Shown here: one piece after another, positions 56,940 through 64,000 of the stretch | How the letters are laid out: each line of letters opens with the position of its first letter | How positions within the stretch are numbered: position 1 is the first letter of the stretch | Assembly: GCA_050246315.1 (NCBI GenBank) | Contig: JBFWWG010000005.1 | Coordinates: 192,001 to 256,000 of the forward strand | DNA length: 64,000 nucleotides | Reading direction: 5' to 3' | Origin: Nitrospiraceae bacterium | GTDB lineage: Bacteria > Nitrospirota > Nitrospiria > Nitrospirales > Nitrospiraceae | Translations under genes and position numbers: made by a program | The notes under the pieces: generated by a model | Seen by the model: the letters and a program-made list of their open reading frames with translations, nothing else | Database searches by the model: none | What the model was told of the DNA's origin: nothing

Positions 56940-58245
56940 GCGACTTCTCACAAGCTTCCACAACATTCTCAAGATTCCCGAGCTACGGACGCGTATCCTG
57001 TTTACGCTGGGGATGCTCGTCGTCTATCGCATCGGGGCCCATATCCCGACGCCGGGGATCAACAATGACGAACTCGCCAAGTTCCTGATTGAGAAGGGAG
57101 GCTCACTACTCGGATTTCTCGATATCTTTTCCGGGGGCGCCCTCTCGAGGCTGACGATCTTTGCGCTGGGGATCATGCCCTACATCAGCGCATCGATCAT
57201 ACTACAGTTGCTGACGGTGGTGATTCCCCATCTGGCAAAATTGGCGAAAGAAGGAGAGCGAGGGCGGAAGAAAATCATCCAATACACGCGGTTCGGCACA
57301 ATCGGCATTGCTCTGATCCAGGGGTTCGGCATCGCCATCGGGTTGGAGGGCATGAACCAGGGTGCTTTCGTGCTCAATCCCGGGTGGAGCTTTCGGTTGA
57401 TGACGGTGATTACGCTCACTGCCGGCACAGGCTTTCTGATGTGGCTGGGTGAACAGATTACCGAGCGAGGCATTGGGAACGGGATCTCCCTAATCATTTT
57501 CGCGGGGATTGTGGCGCGTCTCCCGAGCGCTGTGGCCCAGACATACGACTTGTATCAGGTCGGCCAGTTGAACTTCTTCGTCCTGCTATTGCTCGGCCTG
57601 ATCATGTTGGCCGTCGTCGGTGCGATTGTGTTCTTGGAAAGCGGGCGACGGAAAATCCCCGTGCAATACGCCAAAAGGGTGGTCGGCCGTCGGGTGTATG
57701 GCGGGCAGAGCACACATATTCCGTTGAAGATCAATACGGCAGGAGTGATTCCGCCGATTTTTGCGTCCTCCTTGATTGCGTTTCCAGCGACTATTGCCGG
57801 ATTCATTCAGGTGCCGTGGGTGCAATCGATTGGGGGGCAATTGGCTCCCGGGTCCGTGCTGTACACGCTGCTCTATGTGGGGTTGATCGTGTTCTTCTGT
57901 TTCTTTTATACGGCGGTGGTGCTCAACCCCGTCGATATGGCGGACAACATGAAGAAGTATGGCGGGTTTATCCCCGGCATTCGGCCCGGGCAGAACACTT
58001 CGGACTTCATTTACAAGGTATTGACACGGATCACGTTCGCGGGCGCCATTTATCTGGCGGTGGTGTGCGTGATCCCCGAGATCCTGATTTACCGGTTGAA
58101 CGTACCGTTTTATTTCGGTGGCACGTCGTTGCTGATTGTCATTGGTGTCGGCCTGGATACCGCTCAGCAAATCGAGTCGCACATGCTCATGAGAAATTAT
58201 GAAGGGTTTCTCGGCGGTCATAAACCGTTGCCGGGACGGCGATAG
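56932..58245 (+). CDS. secY: Preprotein translocase SecY
   Basis: [40 protein letters not shown]. Confidence 0.99.
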   Translation: MFERLLTSFHNILKIPELRTRILFTLGMLVVYRIGAHIPTPGINNDELAKFLIEKGGSLLGFLDIFSGGALSRLTIFALGIMPYISASIILQLLTVVIPHLAKLAKEGERGRKKIIQYTRFGTIGIALIQGFGIAIGLEGMNQGAFVLNPGWSFRLMTVITLTAGTGFLMWLGEQITERGIGNGISLIIFAGIVARLPSAVAQTYDLYQVGQLNFFVLLLLGLIMLAVVGAIVFLESGRRKIPVQYAKRVVGRRVYGGQSTHIPLKINTAGVIPPIFASSLIAFPATIAGFIQVPWVQSIGGQLAPGSVLYTLLYVGLIVFFCFFYTAVVLNPVDMADNMKKYGGFIPGIRPGQNTSDFIYKVLTRITFAGAIYLAVVCVIPEILIYRLNVPFYFGGTSLLIVIGVGLDTAQQIESHMLMRNYEGFLGGHKPLPGRR

Positions 58246-58277
58246 ACGGATCGGTAGGGACGGACGGACACGAAATC

Positions 58278-58934
58278 ATGCGAGTCGTCTTCTTGGGTGC
58301 GCCGGGGGTCGGGAAGGGAACGCAGGCCGATCGGATCGCGGCGCAATCCAATCAACCAAAGATTTCAACCGGGGATCTCCTGCGCGAGGCAGTGAAGAAG
58401 CAGACGGCGCTGGGAGTTCAAGCCAAGTCGTACATGGATCGGGGTGCCCTGGTTCCCGATGACGTGGTCATCGGCATGGTGCGGGAGAAGCTCGGCGAGC
58501 CGGTCTGCGCGAGTGGCTTCATTTTGGACGGCTTCCCGCGCACGGTGGCTCAAGGAGAAGCGTTACACCGGTTGCTGGAGGACAAGGGGATGGCGCTCGA
58601 TCGGGTGGTAAACTTCTCCGTCCCGGTTGGCGAGATCGTCAAGCGGTTGAGTGGGCGCCGCAGTTGCGGCAAGTGTCAAGCGGTGTACCACGTGGATTTT
58701 TCACCGCCTCGGGTCGCGGAGATCTGTGATCGTTGCGGGGCCGCCCTGATCCAGCGTAATGATGACAAGCCGGAAACCGTCGATGCGCGACTGCGTGTGT
58801 ATGAGGAGCAGACGGCGCCATTGATTCAGTATTATCAGGGGAAGCATCTTCTGGCGGGTCTTGATGGTTCCGGTTCCGTCGAGGTTGTGAGTGAGCGCCT
58901 CCAGCGCGTGCTGGGTCCGCTGATGCATACATGA
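58278..58934 (+). CDS. adk: Adenylate kinase with zinc-binding lid
   Basis: GAPGVGKGTQ, LDGFPR, CGKC..CDRC. Confidence 0.98.
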   Translation: MRVVFLGAPGVGKGTQADRIAAQSNQPKISTGDLLREAVKKQTALGVQAKSYMDRGALVPDDVVIGMVREKLGEPVCASGFILDGFPRTVAQGEALHRLLEDKGMALDRVVNFSVPVGEIVKRLSGRRSCGKCQAVYHVDFSPPRVAEICDRCGAALIQRNDDKPETVDARLRVYEEQTAPLIQYYQGKHLLAGLDGSGSVEVVSERLQRVLGPLMHT

Positions 58935-59707
58935 TCATCTTAAAGACCGCCGGTGAAATCGAAACCATGGCAGAGGCATCTCGGGTGGTGGCTGAAACGC
59001 TTGAGGTGCTCAAACAAGAGGTCAGGCCGGGTATCACCACCGAGCATCTTGATCGGATCGCCGAAGAGAATATCCGGGTGAGGGGGGCGCGCCCTGCGTT
59101 CAAGGGATATCGCAACTATCCAAGGACGCTGTGCGCGTCCGTGAATCATGAGGTGGTACACGGGATTCCGTCGAAGCGGATGCTCAAGGATGGGGACATC
59201 ATCGGGTTGGATCTTGGCGCGATCGTGGAGGGATTTTACGGCGATTCGGCGGTGACGGTCGCAGTGGGAGTCGTCGATCCGGCCGTCGAACGGCTGATCC
59301 GCGTGACCGAGGCGGCGCTGTACGCCGGGATCGAGCATGCACTGGTTGGCAACCGCTTGTCGGATATTTCCCACGCCGTGCAAGCTTGTGTCGAGTCTGC
59401 GGGATATTCCGTCGTGACGGATTTCGTGGGACACGGGATTGGTCGGCAATTACATGAGGAGCCGCAGGTGCCGAACTACGGACAGCCTGGGCAAGGTCTC
59501 CGATTGAAATGGGGCATGGTGCTGGCAATCGAGCCGATGGTTAATGCGGGCGGCAGCGCGGTGCGGGTACTGGACGATCAATGGACCGCCGTCACGGTGG
59601 ATGGAAGCCTGTCTGCTCACTTCGAGCACACCATTGCCATTCAGCCGAGCGGTCCAGCCCGCGTGCTTTCACAGGTGTCAGGAGATCGGGTGCACAGCAA
59701 GGCCTGA
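58931..59707 (+). CDS. map: Methionine aminopeptidase type I
   Basis: [25 protein letters not shown]. Confidence 0.98.
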   Translation: MIILKTAGEIETMAEASRVVAETLEVLKQEVRPGITTEHLDRIAEENIRVRGARPAFKGYRNYPRTLCASVNHEVVHGIPSKRMLKDGDIIGLDLGAIVEGFYGDSAVTVAVGVVDPAVERLIRVTEAALYAGIEHALVGNRLSDISHAVQACVESAGYSVVTDFVGHGIGRQLHEEPQVPNYGQPGQGLRLKWGMVLAIEPMVNAGGSAVRVLDDQWTAVTVDGSLSAHFEHTIAIQPSGPARVLSQVSGDRVHSKA

Positions 59708-59723
59708 AGGAGGCATCACGAGC

Positions 59724-59942
59724 GTGTCCAAAGAAGATGTCATCGAGGTGCAGGGCACGGTCTCCGAGACCCTTCCGAATGCGATGTTCCGTGTGGAGCT
59801 GGAGAACGGACACAAGATTTTGGCTCATATTTCAGGAAAGATGCGGATGCACTTCATCCGGATTCTACCGGGAGACAAGGTCACCGTGCAGCTCTCGCCG
59901 TACGACCTGACGCGCGGACGAATTACGTATCGCTTCAAATGA
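59724..59942 (+). CDS. infA: Translation initiation factor IF-1
   Basis: AAGGAGG RBS, GTG start; [18 protein letters not shown]. Confidence 0.98.
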   Translation: MSKEDVIEVQGTVSETLPNAMFRVELENGHKILAHISGKMRMHFIRILPGDKVTVQLSPYDLTRGRITYRFK

Positions 59943-59995
59943 CGAGAATCGAGCCGGTGTCAAGAAGCCAGGCTGGATCAGGAAAGTAGGGTGGT

Positions 59996-60109
59996 ATGAA
60001 GGTGAAGTCGTCGGTGAAACCCATCTGTTCCAAGTGTAAAGTCGTGCGTCGGCGCGGGGTGGTACGTGTCCTGTGTGAGAATCCCCGGCACAAACAACGG
60101 CAAGGTTAA
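59996..60109 (+). CDS. rpmJ: 50S ribosomal protein L36 (below ORF-track cutoff)
   Basis: [37 protein letters not shown]. Confidence 0.97.
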   Translation: MKVKSSVKPICSKCKVVRRRGVVRVLCENPRHKQRQG

Positions 60110-60198
60110 CATGAAGTGCTGAGCGATGAGTGCTGAGTTCTGGTAGAGCCAAGCCGGCGACACAGAACACCCTCTCAACACTCAGCCCTGGAGGAAGT

Positions 60199-60588
60199 AT
60201 GGCTCGAATCGCTGGAGTGGATCTACCGCGCGAAAAGCGCACGGATGTCGGGTTGACCTATATTTACGGAATCGGCCGCGCGGCCTCCCGGGCGATACTC
60301 GCCAAGGCGGGCGTCGACGGGACCATTCGAGTCAAGGATCTCACGGAAGACAAGATTATCAAGTTACGCGAGGTTATTGAGCGCGAGCAGAAGGTCGAGG
60401 GCGATCTCCGCAAGGAGGTTGCGATGAATATCAAGCGGTTGGTCGATACCGGAACCTATCGAGGCCTGCGTCATCGGAAGGGGTTGCCGGTTCGCGGCCA
60501 ACGGACCAAGACCAATGCAAGAACCCGTAAGGGGCGGCGCTCGTCCGCAGGCAGTAAACCCAAAAAGCTGACTCCTGCCGGTGCGTAG
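60199..60588 (+). CDS. rpsM: 30S ribosomal protein S13
   Basis: [28 protein letters not shown]. Confidence 0.99.
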   Translation: MARIAGVDLPREKRTDVGLTYIYGIGRAASRAILAKAGVDGTIRVKDLTEDKIIKLREVIEREQKVEGDLRKEVAMNIKRLVDTGTYRGLRHRKGLPVRGQRTKTNARTRKGRRSSAGSKPKKLTPAGA

Positions 60589-60621
60589 CCGGGCGGCGTG
60601 AGCGATGACAAGGATTGATCA

Positions 60622-61005
60622 ATGAGCGTCAAGAAGGGCAAAAAGAAAGAGCGCAAGGTCGTACAGAGCGGCGTGGCGCATATTCAAGCTTCCTTCAATA
60701 ACACCATCGTGACCATAACCGACATGACGGGCAACACGGTCGTGTGGTCCAGCGCCGGGAATCAAGGGTTCAAGGGGTCGCGGAAGAGCACCCCGTTCGC
60801 CGCGCAGCGAGCCGGCGAGGCGGCAGCCCGGAAGGCGATGGAAAACGGCATGCGTCAGGTGGATGTCTATGTGAACGGACCAGGAGCCGGACGTGAGTCG
60901 GCTATCCGAGCGCTTCAGGGTGCCGGCATGCGGATTAACCTGATTCGGGATGTGACGCCAATCCCTCACAATGGGTGCCGGCCGCCGAAGCGCAGACGCG
61001 TGTAA
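60622..61005 (+). CDS. rpsK: 30S ribosomal protein S11
   Basis: [24 protein letters not shown]. Confidence 0.99.
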   Translation: MSVKKGKKKERKVVQSGVAHIQASFNNTIVTITDMTGNTVVWSSAGNQGFKGSRKSTPFAAQRAGEAAARKAMENGMRQVDVYVNGPGAGRESAIRALQGAGMRINLIRDVTPIPHNGCRPPKRRRV

Positions 61006-61084
61006 CCGGCGAAGAGCCGGAGGCCCCGGACGGAGAGAAGTCCACTGCGGATGAGTGTTCATTCTCAAGCAACGAGGTGATGTC

Positions 61085-61711
61085 GTGGCAAGGTATCGAG
61101 GTCCTGTCTGCCGATTGTGTCGTCGAGAGGGAGAAAAGCTATTTCTGAAGGGCTCTCGGTGCATGACCGAGAAGTGCGCCATCGAGCGACGGAGCTATCC
61201 GCCAGGGCAGCATGGACAAGGACGACAGCGAACGACGGACTATAGCACTCAGCTTCGAGAGAAACAAAAGCTGCGGCGCATTTACGGTCTTCAGGAGCGG
61301 CAATTCCGAGGGGTCTTCCAACGTGCCGAACGGCGGACCGGCGTCACCGGCGAAATCCTGCTGGCGTTGCTCGAAAGCCGGCTCGACAACGTCGTGTATC
61401 GCCTCGGGTTCGCTGTTTCGCGCAAACAAGCCCGCCAGTTGGTCGGTCATGGCCATGTGTCGGTGAACGGCCGCAAGGTGGACATCCCCTCACAGGTCTT
61501 GAAGACGGGGGACGTGGTGGAGGTTCGTCCAGGCAGCCGGGAAATCACCACCGTGCTATCCGCCATGGACGCGGTCGATTCGCGCGGCGTGCCGGCCTGG
61601 TTGGAGTTGGAGCGGGCGGCCTTTCGCGGCACGGTCAAAGCGACGCCCACGAAACAAGATGCCGCCGTCCCGGTAAATGAACAACTCGTGGTCGAATTGT
61701 ATTCGCGATAA
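61085..61711 (+). CDS. rpsD: 30S ribosomal protein S4
   Basis: [32 protein letters not shown]. Confidence 0.99.
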   Translation: MARYRGPVCRLCRREGEKLFLKGSRCMTEKCAIERRSYPPGQHGQGRQRTTDYSTQLREKQKLRRIYGLQERQFRGVFQRAERRTGVTGEILLALLESRLDNVVYRLGFAVSRKQARQLVGHGHVSVNGRKVDIPSQVLKTGDVVEVRPGSREITTVLSAMDAVDSRGVPAWLELERAAFRGTVKATPTKQDAAVPVNEQLVVELYSR

Positions 61712-61793
61712 CATCGCGGGCTCGGAATTCCGCGGCCTTCCGCACCTGATGCGAAAAGGCGGCGTCTAACATTGGTGAGATGAAGGGGGACCC

Positions 61794-62813
61794 ATGATCA
61801 AGCTCATGAAGGACTTTCAGATCCCGTTGCGGGTCGAAGTCGATAAAGACACGCTCTCCCCGGTCTATGGGAAGTTTATGGCGGAGGCGTTTGAGCGAGG
61901 TTTTGGTACCACCGTGGGCAATGCCTTGCGGCGCGTGCTGTTGTCGTCATTGACCGGCGCGGCGGTGACAAGTGTCCGCATCGAGAGCGTGTTGCATGAG
62001 TTCTCCACGATTCCTGGGGTGACCGAGGATGTGACGACGATCCTCCTTAACATCAAGAGCCTGCGTCTTGCCCTTCAGGGGGAAAAGCCGAAGACGATCC
62101 GTCTCCGTAAGAAGGGACCAGGGGAAGCCAAGGGGGTCGACATCGTTCATGATGGGGACTTGACCGTCCTCACCCCGGAGCTGCACATCGCCACGTTGGA
62201 CAAGGATGCTACGATTGACATCGAAATGGTCGTGAAGCACGGACGCGGCTATGTTCCGGCCGAGCGCAATAAGGAAGAAGGGTTGCCGATCGGGGTGATT
62301 GCGGTCGATTCGATATTTTCACCGGTCAAGCGTGTCAATTTCCAGGTCGAAAATGCACGCGTCGGACGGATGACCGACTACGATAAGCTCACCCTTGAAA
62401 TTTGGACCGACGGCACCATTTCCCCGCGAGACGCGCTGTCGACGGCCGCGGCGATCCTGCGCGACCATTTGGACATCTTCGTGAGCCCGGAGGATCGGCT
62501 GGAGGCGAAGCCGGAGGCGGGCGCCGAGGAACAGCTTCAGGCCGTGAACCGCAATCTGTACCGCAATGTTAGCGAGCTCGAACTCTCCGTCCGTGCAGCG
62601 AATTGTTTGAAGAATGCCAATATCAAGACTATCGCTGATTTGGTGCAGAAGACCGAATTGGAGATGCTGAAGACGAAGAATTTTGGAAAGAAATCCTTGA
62701 ACGAGATCAAGGAGATCTTGACGGAGATGGGGCTGGGCCTCGGGATGAAGCTCGAGTCGACGGCGATGTCAGGCACGAGCGATCCCAACAGCAAAACGGA
62801 CGTCTCCACATAG
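61794..62813 (+). CDS. rpoA: RNA polymerase alpha subunit
   Basis: [33 protein letters not shown]. Confidence 0.99.
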   Translation: MIKLMKDFQIPLRVEVDKDTLSPVYGKFMAEAFERGFGTTVGNALRRVLLSSLTGAAVTSVRIESVLHEFSTIPGVTEDVTTILLNIKSLRLALQGEKPKTIRLRKKGPGEAKGVDIVHDGDLTVLTPELHIATLDKDATIDIEMVVKHGRGYVPAERNKEEGLPIGVIAVDSIFSPVKRVNFQVENARVGRMTDYDKLTLEIWTDGTISPRDALSTAAAILRDHLDIFVSPEDRLEAKPEAGAEEQLQAVNRNLYRNVSELELSVRAANCLKNANIKTIADLVQKTELEMLKTKNFGKKSLNEIKEILTEMGLGLGMKLESTAMSGTSDPNSKTDVST

Positions 62814-62831
62814 GAGAAAAGGAAGGCTACT

Positions 62832-63305
62832 GTGCGACACGGTAAACGCGGCAGACAACTCGGACGGCAAACCAAGCATCGATGGGCGTTGTTTCGTAGT
62901 CTCGTCACGTCGCTCTTGGATCATGAGCGGATCGAAACCACGGAGGCGAAGGCGAAGGAGGTCCGTGGGTTCACCGATCGTATGATCACACTCGGTAAGG
63001 AAGGGACGTTGGCGGCGCGGCGACGGGCTCTGGGGTTTATTCGTCGGAAGGAAGTGGTATCTAAACTATTTGGCGAGATGGCGGATCGTTTTCGGAGCCG
63101 ACCTGGAGGGTACACCCGAATTATCAGGACCCGACGGCGCGTGGGGGATGCGGCGCATCTGGTGGCCATCGAATTGGTAGCCCAGGCGGCGCAGGTTTCG
63201 AAGAAGGAGGCGCCTGCGTCCAAGAAGTCCAAGCCAAAATCTGAAGAACCACACGGTCAAGCTACCGGTACGGATGCGCCGACTGCTCCGGCCGGCAACA
63301 CCTAA
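62832..63305 (+). CDS. rplQ: 50S ribosomal protein L17 with low-complexity C-terminal tail
   Basis: [26 protein letters not shown]. Confidence 0.98.
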   Translation: MRHGKRGRQLGRQTKHRWALFRSLVTSLLDHERIETTEAKAKEVRGFTDRMITLGKEGTLAARRRALGFIRRKEVVSKLFGEMADRFRSRPGGYTRIIRTRRRVGDAAHLVAIELVAQAAQVSKKEAPASKKSKPKSEEPHGQATGTDAPTAPAGNT

Positions 63306-63329
63306 TCGATTCACCGGTCCACTTTCTTG

Positions 63330-63371
63330 GCGGCGTATCCGGATGATAACCGGATACGCCGCTCTTCCTTC
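63330..63371 (+). terminator. Probable intrinsic terminator ending the ribosomal supercluster
   Basis: Perfect 13-bp stem GCGGCGTATCCGG / CCGGATACGCCGC, 7-nt loop, pyrimidine tail TCTTCCTTC. Confidence 0.7.
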
Positions 63372-63485
63372 GTGTCTCGTCTCCGCTTCGTATTTCCCAA
63401 CCCGCGACTTATTTACTTGGACTAACCTCCATGCTACTATCATGCCAGTTATGGATTGTGTTGTGTCGTGACCTTCGCTTCAGTG

Positions 63486-64000
63486 ATGGGCTGGCAACAG
63501 TGGGCTCGTGGATTTCTGCTCGCGCTTGCGGTAGTCTCTAGCACCTTTCTCGCGTACCTCTTACTGACTCGCACTGAGTCGACGTCTCCACGGACCCCTG
63601 CGCTCAAGCCGTTACATGACCAAGCCGACGCTGGGATGGAGCAGTTTACCTTCACACAGACTAAAGACGGTGTGGTTCAATGGGAGGTGAAGGCCAAGCA
63701 AGCGAGCCTCTATGAAGACCAGAACCACGCGCTGTTGAAGACGGTCGAGGTGACATTGTTCGGCGAGCGCGGCCGTGAGTTGACGGTTCATGGCGATGAG
63801 GCGCGGCTCAATACCTCCAATAATAACTTCGAAATCGCAAACCGAGAGCGGGACCTTGTCATCCATCTCCAAGGAGGATATACGGTGTACACGAACCATG
63901 TGCAGTGGACCGACGAGCGTCAGGAAATGGAGACGCAGGATCCTGTGGTGATTGAAGGAAAGGGCATGCGGATCACAGGACGAGGGTTATTGGGAAAGGT
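63486..64000 (+). CDS. lptC: LPS export protein LptC, truncated by window end (absent from ORF track)
   Basis: Open frame MGWQQWARGFLLALAVV (TM), then beta-rich QWEVKAKQA, TNHVQW, ETQDPVVI, ITGRGL. Confidence 0.75.
   Translation, partial: MGWQQWARGFLLALAVVSSTFLAYLLLTRTESTSPRTPALKPLHDQADAGMEQFTFTQTKDGVVQWEVKAKQASLYEDQNHALLKTVEVTLFGERGRELTVHGDEARLNTSNNNFEIANRERDLVIHLQGGYTVYTNHVQWTDERQEMETQDPVVIEGKGMRITGRGLLGK

Overview
GC-rich bacterial chromosome segment. A Nitrospira-like organism is my inference from gene content, EF-Tu features and intergenic repeats; it is not verified by search. Left part (1-29 kb), mixed accessory and metabolic genes: cytochrome c, SPFH protein, DUF72, malQ coupled to a sigma54 two-component pair, a protein with a degenerate DpnII/MboI-like nuclease domain, two PilZ paralogs, tRNA-Arg, a Gld-like ABC operon, RlpA, HEAT-repeat proteins, glgP, a UvrD-family helicase and a secreted HExxH protein. 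Right part (29.2-63.4 kb) is the intact translation/transcription supercluster (tRNAs, tuf, rpmG, secE, nusG, rplKAJL, rpoBC, str, second tuf, S10, spc, alpha), followed by a truncated lptC. Two observations stand out. (1) An unannotated family of ~50-70 nt structured repeat units with compensatory base changes occurs as a 4.5-unit array in front of the SPFH gene (459-837) and as a 2-unit array starting 2 nt after the tRNA-Arg CCA end (12297-12463). (2) rplJ has no stop codon and reads in frame into rplL, while rplL keeps its own Shine-Dalgarno and ATG, predicting a covalent uL10-bL12 stalk protein plus free bL12. No CRISPR array, cas gene, integrase, transposase or rRNA was seen.
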